A DNA stretch of 64,000 nucleotides from Chthoniobacteraceae bacterium (GTDB lineage Bacteria; Verrucomicrobiota; Verrucomicrobiia; Chthoniobacterales; Chthoniobacteraceae): the NCBI GenBank assembly GCA_031409655.1, contig JANNXQ010000055.1, positions 1-64,000 on the forward strand. The letters are read 5' to 3'. The stretch's first letter is position 1; the number at the start of each line of letters is the position of its first letter. Positions 20,101-27,602 of this stretch are shown piece after piece. The notes below the pieces were generated by a model. It worked only from the letters and a program-made list of their open reading frames with translations. It was not told where the DNA came from and ran no database searches. The position numbers and the translations under genes were made by a program.

Positions 20101-23100
20101 GATATTGCGCGCCCTGACCAGGGAACATGAAGACAACCTCCGGCGCGGAAGTCGTGACCTTTCCGGAAACCACGCGGCGCCCGTCCTTCATCTCCAGCAG
20201 CTCGGCCGCCTCTGCCGGATCGCGGGCGACGACGCTGCGCCGATGTTCAAATTCGCGGCGGCCGCTTTGCAAAGTGTGCGCGACATCGGCCAGCACCGCG
20301 TCGGGATTTTCGCGCAGGTAGCGCGCGAGATTGGCGGTCGCCGAGTCGAGCGCGGTCGCGGTGCGGGCGGAAAGGACGAGCAACTGCCATGGCCGAGTCG
20401 CCGGGGTGCCGACGACGAGCGGCGCTTCCTCGAGCACGGCGTGGGCATTCGTCCCACCGATGCCAAAGCTGCTCACCCCCGCGCGCCGCACGCACTCGCC
20501 CCGCGGCCAGGGCGTGAGCGAGGCATTCACGACAAACGGACTGTGCGCAAAATCGATCTGCGGATTTGGCGTTTGAAAGTGGAGGCTTGCCGGAAGGAGT
20601 CCGCGATCAAGAGCCAGCGAGGCTTTGATGAGGCCGGCGGCACCGGCGCCCGCGTCGAGGTGACCGATGTTTGTCTTCAGCGATCCGATGCGGCAGAAGC
20701 CCGTGGCGTCGGTTGTTTTTCGGAAGGCTTTCGTGAGGGCGGTGAGCTCGATGGGATCGCCGAGACTCGTCCCGGTCCCGTGCGCCTCCACGTAGCCGAT
20801 GGTCTCCGCGCTGACTCCCGCAGCGGCGTGGGCGCTGGCGATGGCGGCGGCTTGCCCGGCCACGGACGGCGCGGTGAAGCCCGCCTTGTCGCCGGCGTCG
20901 TTGTTGATCGCGGTGCCGCGGATCACGCTGGAGATGCGATCGCCATCGCGCACGGCATCGGCGAGGCGCTTGAGCACGACGGTCGCGATGCCATTCGCCG
21001 GGACGCAGCCGCGGGCCTCGGCGTCAAAGGCGCGGCAGTGCCCATCGGGAGAAGGGATGCCGCCATCGACATACGGATAGCCCGCGTGGAGCGGCACGCT
21101 GATCCGGCCCCCGCCGACCAGCGCGAGATCACTTTCCCCGCTGCGCAGACTCTGGCAGGCGAGGTGCAGCGCGACGAGCGAGGTGGAGCAGGCGGTCTGC
21201 ACGCCGATCGCGGGTCCACGCAGGCGCAGCTTGTGCGCGACGCGCGTGGCCACGAAGTCCTTCTCATTGCCGAGCGTCAGCGCGTAGGTGCCGAGCAGCG
21301 GCGTCAGTTCGGGCCGGGTGGCGAGGTTGAATTGGAAATAGTCGTTCACCGCGACGCCCGCGAAGACGCCGACCGCGCCGGCAAAGCGCGAGACGTCGCA
21401 GCCCGCATTTTCAAAGGCCTCCCACGCGCACTCGAGGAAGACGCGCTGCTGCGGGTCCATGAGTTCGGCTTCGCGCGGCGTATAGCCAAAGAAGGCGGCG
21501 GCAAATTTGTCGGCATCGTCGATCTGCGCGCCGGCATTCACATAGCCCGGCTCACTGGCCGTCGCGGCGGCGATGCCGGAAGCGCGGAGTTCTTCTGCGG
21601 TAAAGGGCCGGATCGATTCCACGCCCGCGCAAAGGTTTCGCCAGAACTCCTCCACATTCCGCGCCCCGGGAAAGCGGCCGGACATCCCGATGATCGCAAT
21701 CGCGTCGGGCGGCAGTGCGGGTTTCGCCGGCTCCTCGGGCGGCGCGCATTTCGGCGTTCGCTGGGCCACGCCGAGTTCTTCCGCGAGCTGCCAGGTGGGT
21801 GCGGAGAGGAAATCGTCCGCCATCATTCCGCGCCAGCCTTCGGCGATCTCGGGCTTGATGGAGCCGTGCTCGTGGAAGCGCGGATCATCGGGCGTATGCC
21901 GTCCGGCATCGGGCTTCGTGCTTTCGCGATAGGGCTCGAGCATCGCAGGCTCGAAGGGAAACCCGAGGGCCTGGCAGAGCGCCTCCAGGCTGGCGCGCGG
22001 CTGCGTCACGAGATCGGAGAAACGCAAATCGAGGCGGCGCGTCGCCGGAATCTTCGTGAGGAAATCGGTGATGTTCCGATGCGCCGCGAGCCACACCTTT
22101 TCACCCACCTCACCGGGCGAGAGATCGCCGGCGTCCGGGAGGTAGATGCGATCCATCCGCTGCCGCTCAAAGGAGCGGATCATCTCGTAAGGATGCCGCG
22201 CGAGATGGATGTAAAAGGCGTCCTCGAAGATCTCTTCGGCGTGCTGCAGCGCCGCCGGGTCGAGAGCGTAAGACGGCGATTTATCCACGAGCACGCGCGG
22301 GTCGATCCACTGCTGGAGCACGGCGAAAAAATCCGCGGTGTCGAGATGGAGTCGCTCGTAGCCATCGAGCAGTTGCGCGGCTTCCGCGTGGGTGCAGCCT
22401 TTCGCCGCGAGGATGGCGTCGATGCGGCCCTGTCGCCCGACCGCCGCTGCGGCAGCGTCGCCAGAGCTGCGTTCCCCGAGCGTCCGCGGGCCGAGCAGGC
22501 GGAGTTCCGAGGCGGTGAAGAGCGCCGGATGCGCCGCGAGCATCGCGCGGAGCAGGGTGGTGCCCGAACGCGGCGGACCGAGGATGAAGATGGCGCGCCG
22601 ATTTTTCGGACGCACTGAGGAAGGGGAAGGAGAGGCGTGGACGGCGGCGGCTGGGGTGGTCTCGACCGCGCGCTCGACGGCGACGCTACGCTCGGGAGGC
22701 TGCTCCTGAAAGACGCGCGCGACGGCCGCGGGGTAGTGCTGGCGGAGATAGGCCGCGAGCTGGGAAATGGTGGGTGCCTCAAAAAGCGCGACGACGAAGA
22801 TCGGCTCGCCGAGCGTCGCCTGGAGTCGGCTGCACAATGTCGCCGCGAGCAGGGAATCGCCGCCGAGATCGAAGAAGCGATCATGAACCCCAACGGACTC
22901 GAGGCGCAGGACGGCGCGCCATTCCTCCGCGAGATGCCGCTCGGTGGCGGAACGCGGCTCGACGAAGGCGGACTCGAGTTCCGGCCGCTGGCGACTCGGC
23001 GCGGGGAGAGCGGTGCGATCCACTTTGCCATTTGGCATCCGTGGGAAGGCGTCCAGCGCGACGAAGGCGGACGGTTGCATGAAGGCGGGTAATTTTTCCG

Positions 23101-24466
23101 CAAGCGCTGCTCGGAGCGAGGCGACCGCGCAGGTGGCGGGCGTGCAGTAGGCTACGAGGCGCGGCTCCGCACTCTCGTCACTCCGCACGATCGCCACGGC
23201 CGCCTCCACACCGGGACACGCGCCGAGGACGGCTTCGATGGCGCCGAGTTCGATGCGGTAGCCGCGGAGCTTCACCTGACGGTCGGTGCGACCGAGGAAT
23301 TCCAAGTGGTCGTCCGGCGTGAGGCGGGCGAGGTCGCCGGTCTTATAGAGGAGGAAGCCGGACCCGCAGGTGACGAACCGGGCGGCGGTGAGGTCCGGGC
23401 GATGGTGGTAGCCGCGCGCCACTCCTGGCCCGGCGATGTGGATCTCGCCCGTCTCTCCGTCGGCGACGGTGTCGCCATTTTCATCGAGCAAGAGAATGTG
23501 TGCGCCCGGGATCGGCTGACCGATGGTGACGAGCGCCGGTGGCGGCACCAGACGGGCGACGGTGCTCCAGACGGTGGCCTCGGTGGGGCCGTATTCATTG
23601 AAGAGTTCGGCCTCCGGTAGGCGACGGGCGTGCGCGAATGGCAACTCCTGCGGACACGTTTCTCCTGCAACGATGACGGTCCGAAGCGTTCCAAGATCGC
23701 CTCCCAACGCGAGCAAGCGGGCGAGCACGGACGGCAGACAAAGGGTGTGCGTGATTTTTTCCGCAGCAATGATCGCGGCAAGCGCCGCGGGATCGCGCTC
23801 TTCGCCAGAAGGCGTGAGGACGAGCGTCCCGCCGGTGCTGAGCGTCCAGAAGAGACCCGCGACCGAGCTATCGAAGGCAAAGGAGGAAAGCAGGAGGAAC
23901 CGCTCTGGCGCGCGGCGGTAGTAGTCGAGCCGCGCCTGGGTGGAGTGAGCGAGATTGGCGTGCGTGACCAGCACCCCCTTGGGCGGCCCCGTGGAACCTG
24001 AGGTGTAGATGATGGAGGCGAGTTGGTCGCCGTCGATCTCGGCAGGCTGGGCTTCGCCGGCGCCATCCGGGTCCACGTCTTCAAAAAAGACCAGCGTCGC
24101 GGCAGAAACCGGCACTTTGTCCCCCAGCGGGCGGGAGCAAAGGATCACGCTCGCCTCACAGTCTTCGAGCGTGAAGGCGATCAGCTCCGCCGGATATTCA
24201 GGGTCGATCGGAGCATAGGCCCCGCCGGCGTAATGCACGCCGAGGATGCCGACCACAGTCTCGGGCGAACGCGCGGCGAGGATCGCGACCGTCGCTTCAC
24301 TCCCGACGCCGAGCGCCCGGAGCCGCGACGCGACCGCGAGCGCCCGCCGATGCAGGTCGCTGTAGCTCCGGGCTTCGCTGCCGCAACGGATGGCGAGCGC
24401 GTCCGGCGTCCGGGCGGCTTGGGCCGCGATGAGTTGCGGCACCGACGCTGGCACGAGATCGCTCAT
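14150..24466 (-). CDS. Hybrid NRPS/PKS: A-T-sulfotransferase-KS-AT-ACP-aminotransferase-C-A-T
   Basis: A (YTSGSTGPPKG), T (LGGDSL), ST (PRSGTTLLR, DKSP, RHP), KS (TACS, HGTGT, GHL), AT (GHSVG, HAFH), ACP (GFDSL), class III aminotransferase (FDEV, YGK), C (HHIFCNG), A, T (GGHSL). Confidence 0.93.
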   Translation of the reverse strand: MSDLVPASVPQLIAAQAARTPDALAIRCGSEARSYSDLHRRALAVASRLRALGVGSEATVAILAARSPETVVGILGVHYAGGAYAPIDPEYPAELIAFTLEDCEASVILCSRPLGDKVPVSAATLVFFEDVDPDGAGEAQPAEIDGDQLASIIYTSGSTGPPKGVLVTHANLAHSTQARLDYYRRAPERFLLLSSFAFDSSVAGLFWTLSTGGTLVLTPSGEERDPAALAAIIAAEKITHTLCLPSVLARLLALGGDLGTLRTVIVAGETCPQELPFAHARRLPEAELFNEYGPTEATVWSTVARLVPPPALVTIGQPIPGAHILLLDENGDTVADGETGEIHIAGPGVARGYHHRPDLTAARFVTCGSGFLLYKTGDLARLTPDDHLEFLGRTDRQVKLRGYRIELGAIEAVLGACPGVEAAVAIVRSDESAEPRLVAYCTPATCAVASLRAALAEKLPAFMQPSAFVALDAFPRMPNGKVDRTALPAPSRQRPELESAFVEPRSATERHLAEEWRAVLRLESVGVHDRFFDLGGDSLLAATLCSRLQATLGEPIFVVALFEAPTISQLAAYLRQHYPAAVARVFQEQPPERSVAVERAVETTPAAAVHASPSPSSVRPKNRRAIFILGPPRSGTTLLRAMLAAHPALFTASELRLLGPRTLGERSSGDAAAAAVGRQGRIDAILAAKGCTHAEAAQLLDGYERLHLDTADFFAVLQQWIDPRVLVDKSPSYALDPAALQHAEEIFEDAFYIHLARHPYEMIRSFERQRMDRIYLPDAGDLSPGEVGEKVWLAAHRNITDFLTKIPATRRLDLRFSDLVTQPRASLEALCQALGFPFEPAMLEPYRESTKPDAGRHTPDDPRFHEHGSIKPEIAEGWRGMMADDFLSAPTWQLAEELGVAQRTPKCAPPEEPAKPALPPDAIAIIGMSGRFPGARNVEEFWRNLCAGVESIRPFTAEELRASGIAAATASEPGYVNAGAQIDDADKFAAAFFGYTPREAELMDPQQRVFLECAWEAFENAGCDVSRFAGAVGVFAGVAVNDYFQFNLATRPELTPLLGTYALTLGNEKDFVATRVAHKLRLRGPAIGVQTACSTSLVALHLACQSLRSGESDLALVGGGRISVPLHAGYPYVDGGIPSPDGHCRAFDAEARGCVPANGIATVVLKRLADAVRDGDRISSVIRGTAINNDAGDKAGFTAPSVAGQAAAIASAHAAAGVSAETIGYVEAHGTGTSLGDPIELTALTKAFRKTTDATGFCRIGSLKTNIGHLDAGAGAAGLIKASLALDRGLLPASLHFQTPNPQIDFAHSPFVVNASLTPWPRGECVRRAGVSSFGIGGTNAHAVLEEAPLVVGTPATRPWQLLVLSARTATALDSATANLARYLRENPDAVLADVAHTLQSGRREFEHRRSVVARDPAEAAELLEMKDGRRVVSGKVTTSAPEVVFMFPGQGAQYPGMARELFDGEPVFREAMLRCAQILAPRLDLIAALYPEDTSAALTDTRVAQPAIFAVEYALARLWHSWGIEPAALLGHSVGEFSAACLAGVLSLEDALELVAERAQLMQEMPGGAMLAVRLSEAELQPLLPVGIEVAAINAPRLCVVSGSTAAITDFAAQMAAQSIATVALRTSHAFHSAMMEPAAAVFSALAAAVRFDAPRIPLISTLSGDADADFTRAEYWPRQMREPVRFAAAAASIAPERVLLEVGPGSTLAAPARQSRGGPVVASQSASGEREHASLLEALGRLWIAGVAIDWKLLRGDERRLKVALPTYPFERERYWLEPGEARVPSAVLEAPLPPASAATARPVPSPPSIALDQLRTLLHGMSGVAVEKMEPATTLLELGFDSLFLTQVALALRKKFAIEVSFRQLFEEFATIGALAAEIEMAPPAVAQASLPVGVPQASSLPGEAGKDACGTPTGWQPALLQPALLQAHGPFRPIQRDAAEILTTAQQQHLAELTARYTVRTATSKRRTQETRAHFADPRSVSGFRPYWKELTYPIVVERSAGSKLWDVDGHEYLDFTMGYGTNLLGHSPSFITDAIAAQLACGIEIGPQSPVAGELARLLCEFSGQDRAAFTNTGSEAVLAAVRVARTVTGRSLIATFSGYHGINDEFLIRSRTIDGERRSVPIAPGIPEHIASGVLALEYGTAESLAILRSRAHEIAAVLVEPVQSRHPDLQPREFLQEVRRITQEAGAALVFDEVITGFRCHPGGAQAWFEVRADLVTYGKIVGGGMPMGALCGRCKFMDALDGGAWGFGDDSRPETGLTFFAGTFVRHPLAMAASLAMLRFLQADGGALQQQLNGRTAQLVVELNTIIAGCGAPIRVESFSSFFFLKFGEDFAFSAVLFFLLREKGVHVWNNRLFFLSTAHTEEDLARFVSAFRESVEELAPWFASKALAFEAPPTVSTKVPSTLSLVPSQRGLFALAARNSDASRAYNEASALELRGPLDLPALRSALQALVDRHESLRTSISADGETQTIHPRAALPLPVLDCPTPPEVAREIAAVAALQFDLSRPPIIDARLLRCGPEHHVLVVTLHHIFCNGPSLGVFFEELCTLYRDRRAELPAARQLRDFVKRRLKSSAPAAEAFWKMQFAHAAPPLELPLDRPRPAHKTYAGGRETTHLDAELVAALRLAGARQGASLFMTLLAAFQTLLHRVTGQDDLVIGVPFEGEDRGQPGGDRLIANSTNVMPLRSQVAAGTTFAELLARNRALILEATAHQDYFFGDLVAALGQPFDASRAPLFNAVFNYESGRFSRDVKGLKVELVNDREPWLGLRQTAIAEVYLNVTEHAGTLTFRCDYNRDLFDATTVQRWLGHLRTLLAAVAANPTLQVARLPLLTASERQQLLVEWNDNALDFPRDATLHQLLEASAKAHPDACAILDHGRRISYRQLAAQADAVAAQLQSLAIGKEAFVGICMQRSAEMIGAMIGVLKAGGAYVPLDPAYPDERLAVMLEDSRAAVVLCDRVTEQSHAPKLGGAQWVQPWSEGTPMASGATGENLAYLIYTSGSTGRPKGVALEHRNAVAFVHWAQQAYTREELACVLGSTSICFDVSIFEIFVTLATGGTILLAENVLELPRLPDADLLTFLSTVPSAMAELVRDFNLPASIQTVNLGGESLPDALVDAVFRGSAVRRVVNMYGPTETTTYSTFSECQPGAAATIGGPIANTDLFLLDAHLEPVPIGVVGEVYIGGAGLARGYWGQPELTAERFLPNPFGKSERLYKTGDLMRRRADGQLLYVARADHQVKVRGYRVEPGEIDAALGTHPGVREAVTVGHGRADGEMRLVAYLVPAAEMPTVQSLREHLRQSLPEYLIPSAFIEIATLPRTASGKLDRRALPEPGDGGRVSDADLVAPRDAEEQRVAEIWQEVLRIGRVGVHENFFDLGGHSLAAMQVASRLRGSGETEVSFLDVFERPTIAALAEVIRNSAPAAEVEEGVL
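18696..18803. repeat. Nested REP/REPIN-like palindrome inserted in frame in the ACP-aminotransferase linker
   Basis: AGTAGCGCAGGC...GCCTGCGCTACT outer arms and GGAGTGCCGCAGGC...GCCTGCGGCACTCC inner arms; 108 bp. Confidence 0.8.
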
Positions 24467-24755
24467 GCGGCGAAGGCGGCCCCCGCCGGGAACGCAATTC
24501 GCTCACACCACTGGAAATGTACGCTCCTGCCACTCCGACCCAGCCCCCGCTTCTGCCCAGCGATCGCGCCGTTTTCCGGGAGGTTTTTTCTAATGATCAT
24601 GATTTTGTTTGCGCGTCGGACCGCTGGCCGGAATGGTTCCCCAGACGTAAAGGGCACGCTGGGAGATTTTCCGGCATTCGAGTCATGATCCAATTTTCGC
24701 ATCCAAGAATTAGCAATGGGTATGCCAGTGCTGCCCAAGCCAACCGCTCCAACCA

Positions 24756-25343
24756 ATGGAACTGAAAGGCTACACGACGGGCGACTTTGACCGCGGCGCT
24801 CCACGCTGGAAAGAGGCGCTCTGGATGATGGTGAAGTGCGTCTTTTTCCTGAACCCCCTCCCCTGGCCGTCCGCCCTGCGGGTCGCGCTCCTGCGGCTCT
24901 TCGGAGCACGGATCGCCGAGGGCGTCGTCATCCGCTCGAGTGTGAATGTCACCTTTCCCTGGCGCCTCACGATCGGTCGCGATGTGTGGATTGGCGAAAA
25001 CGTCCTCATCCTGAGCCTCGGGCAGGTGACGATCGGGCCCAGCGTCTGCATCTCGCAGCGGGCTTTCCTTTGCACGGGGTCGCATGACTTTCGCTCACCG
25101 GGTTTCGACCTCATCGTCAAGCCGATCACCATCTGCGGGCACTCTTGGATCGCCGCGCAGTCCTTCATCGCGCCGGGCGTCGAGGTCGGCGAGGGCAGTG
25201 TGGTCACAGCCGGGACGGTCGTGATCGCGGATGTCGAGCCCCGCACCGTGGTCCGCGGCAATCCAGGCGTGGCCGTGAAAGAGATCGTGCCAATGCGGTG
25301 GTCGACGCTCGAAATGCGCGAGGCCGTCGCCAGCGCGCGTTGA
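24756..25343 (+). CDS. wcaF: WcaF-like hexapeptide-repeat polysaccharide acetyltransferase
   Basis: LLRLFGARI, FPWRLTIG, CISQRAFLCTGSHD, GNPG motifs. Confidence 0.88.
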   Translation: MELKGYTTGDFDRGAPRWKEALWMMVKCVFFLNPLPWPSALRVALLRLFGARIAEGVVIRSSVNVTFPWRLTIGRDVWIGENVLILSLGQVTIGPSVCISQRAFLCTGSHDFRSPGFDLIVKPITICGHSWIAAQSFIAPGVEVGEGSVVTAGTVVIADVEPRTVVRGNPGVAVKEIVPMRWSTLEMREAVASAR

Positions 25344-25409
25344 TCACCAACTGGACGGTTCGGGATTGAGTCTGGAAACGGGCCGGCGATCCCTGCTGAT
25401 ATTGGGCAA

Positions 25410-26504
25410 ATGCGTTTCCTTTTCCTGAATCAGTACTTCCCGCCCGATCCGGCGCCGACGGGAGTGCTCTTTTGGGAAATCGCCGAGGCTCTGCGGGAGG
25501 CCGGACACGAGGTCGATTTCGTCGCCGCGCGCCAGGACTACCGCGCCGGACAGCGGCAGGGCGGACGCATGATCCGCGAATTCTGCGCGCTCGGCCGGAT
25601 GCTGCTCGATGGCGTGGCGCGACCGCGTCCGGATGTCGTGGTGTCCGGCACTTCGCCACCGTGTCTGCTCGCCGTGGCGACGCTCGTCGCGCTGCGCCAT
25701 CGCGCGCGTTCGGTGCATTGGATCATGGACATGTATCCGGAGATCGCGGTCGGTTTGGGTGAGATTCGCGAAGGCGCATTGGCCGGTGTGATCAGTCGCG
25801 TGATGCGCTGGGGCTATCGGCGTGCGGCGAAAGTCGTGGCGCTCGATGACGACATGGCTGCCCTAGTACGACGGCACGGTGTGGAGCCAGCGATCATTCG
25901 ACCGTGGGTCTTTTCCTCCGTGCTCGAGCGCCTTGCCGAAGCGCGCGCCGAACCGTCCACGGAATGGACTTGGATGTACTCCGGCAATCTCGGCCGCGCG
26001 CACGAATGGGAGACCCTGCTCGCAGCGCAGGCGCTCCTCGAAGCCCGCGGGGCGGATATCCGGCTGCTCATGCAAGGCGGCGGTCCATCATGGCCAGCGG
26101 CGAAGAAGCGGGCGGGCGAGCTGGGCCTGAAGCGCTGCGAATGGCGTGACTACGTTCCGGAAGCCGAACTGCCAGAAACCTTGCGCCGCAGCGCCGTACT
26201 GGCGGTGACGCAGCTCCCAGCCGCGCAGGGCCTGCTCTGGCCGAGCAAGCTGGGCCTCGTGCTCAGCCTGCCCCGCGCAATCTTGTGGGTCGGCCCACCG
26301 GATGGAGCCATCGCGCGGATGCTGCGCGCCCAGCCGCACGCCGGGATCTTTGCGACGGGACAGGCCGCAGAAGTGGCGGACTGGCTGCTCGCCAGACGAC
26401 ATGCACCCGTCGCGACGATCCCCGCACTGGATCCGGCGCAGCATCGGAAAGAGGCGCTCCAGTCCTGGGTGCGACTGCTCACCGCAGAGCCGCATCGTGA
26501 CTGA
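25410..26504 (+). CDS. GT4 glycosyltransferase (WcaI/WbuB-like)
   Basis: NQYFPPDPAPTG, DMYPEIA, YSGNLGRAH, PSK motifs. Confidence 0.85.
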   Translation: MRFLFLNQYFPPDPAPTGVLFWEIAEALREAGHEVDFVAARQDYRAGQRQGGRMIREFCALGRMLLDGVARPRPDVVVSGTSPPCLLAVATLVALRHRARSVHWIMDMYPEIAVGLGEIREGALAGVISRVMRWGYRRAAKVVALDDDMAALVRRHGVEPAIIRPWVFSSVLERLAEARAEPSTEWTWMYSGNLGRAHEWETLLAAQALLEARGADIRLLMQGGGPSWPAAKKRAGELGLKRCEWRDYVPEAELPETLRRSAVLAVTQLPAAQGLLWPSKLGLVLSLPRAILWVGPPDGAIARMLRAQPHAGIFATGQAAEVADWLLARRHAPVATIPALDPAQHRKEALQSWVRLLTAEPHRD

Positions 26505-26513
26505 GTAAGTCTG

Positions 26514-27458
26514 CTACCTCGTCTCTGCCAGTCGCACCGTCTTTCCGTGCTCGACGTCGAAGACCTCCAAGTCCGCGATGAGACTGATCCGATCCCCTCC
26601 CGACACGAAGGAGTACTCGCCATCCAGATTCCGCGACTCCCGCGCCTTTGAAAGCACATAACCTTCCTCTGCGGTGAGCGCCTTGACATCTGCTGCGACA
26701 TCGCCGCGCACAAAGAAAGCATCGTTCCCCGCCAAGGTGCAGCCGACGAAAACGTAACCTTTCTTCGCGGCCAGACGAACAAGGGCGGGCAGCGAAGCAC
26801 CGAAGTACAGATTCGAGGAATGCGCAGACGTGCGGAAGAACTTCGGGTCGTAAGGCACCGTCACCGCGCGCTTCGCGCCAAAGACGCTGTTGAACTCGCA
26901 GATCACAATTCGCGGACTCACCACGTCGATCGCTTCCCAAATCCAATAGTCATTTCCATCCACATCAATGCTCAGCAGACCCACGTCGCCGCGGAAACGT
27001 TTTGCGATCAGTTCGTTGATATTCTCCCGCGTGACAAAGGCGGACATCGCGAGCAAGTCGTGGCGCCAGTAGATCTCCTGCTTCTTGATGGCCTCGATCC
27101 GCCCCTCGCTCCCGTCGATCACCAAGCCCGACCAATTCTGCCGCATCATCAGAAAGCGCGTATTTGCCTCCAGGTAATCCTCCACACCGAACTCGATGAA
27201 GGTCTGATTCTCGATCGGCACCCGCGCGAGCAGATACTGCAAGATGCCGTCCTGTCCGGACTGGGAAAAGACCGCAAACTCCGACTCCCGCAAGGTCATC
27301 GCGGGGTTCGTGCGGATTCGGTCGATAAGTAAATCCGCGACGAGGAATGAATTCCGATGCACCTCCCGCGTGCTCTTTTGAATCTGCTCATACACCGCCG
27401 AGATCCGCGCAAAGAGCGGGCGGTAGGGTCGCAAGAGGAACTCTTTAATTCTCTTCAT
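26514..27458 (-). CDS. FkbM-like methyltransferase-fold protein typical of glycan loci
   Basis: FSQSGQDG, FIEFGVEDYLEANTR, LLSIDVDGNDYWIW, GASL, GNDAFFV motifs. Confidence 0.7.
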   Translation of the reverse strand: MKRIKEFLLRPYRPLFARISAVYEQIQKSTREVHRNSFLVADLLIDRIRTNPAMTLRESEFAVFSQSGQDGILQYLLARVPIENQTFIEFGVEDYLEANTRFLMMRQNWSGLVIDGSEGRIEAIKKQEIYWRHDLLAMSAFVTRENINELIAKRFRGDVGLLSIDVDGNDYWIWEAIDVVSPRIVICEFNSVFGAKRAVTVPYDPKFFRTSAHSSNLYFGASLPALVRLAAKKGYVFVGCTLAGNDAFFVRGDVAADVKALTAEEGYVLSKARESRNLDGEYSFVSGGDRISLIADLEVFDVEHGKTVRLAETR

Positions 27459-27602
27459 CGCTGCACTTGCTCGCAAAGGACTTGGTCACGACGCGAAGTT
27501 ACCTGAGCCACGGGACTGAGGAAAGATCCGAGCATGAACGGCAGCGGGCGAACCACGGGCTGCGGATGCCGCCTGCTTAAATCCACCCTTCAACGCGGCC
27601 AG

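Noticed and set aside
21770..22600. Olefin (Ols/CurM) biosynthesis assignment
   Set aside because: No FAAL, no KR and no ST-adjacent TE; the domain order is incompatible
9906..22618. Very long plus-strand ORFs (9906-12914, 19868-22618) and many similar ones elsewhere
   Set aside because: Antisense shadows of well-supported genes in GC-rich DNA; no recognisable motifs
24519..24531. ops/JUMPstart-like GGCAGGAGCGTAC upstream of the NRPS/PKS operon (minus strand)
   Set aside because: Only a partial match to GGCGGTAGnnTG, and no NusG/RfaH paralogue in the window
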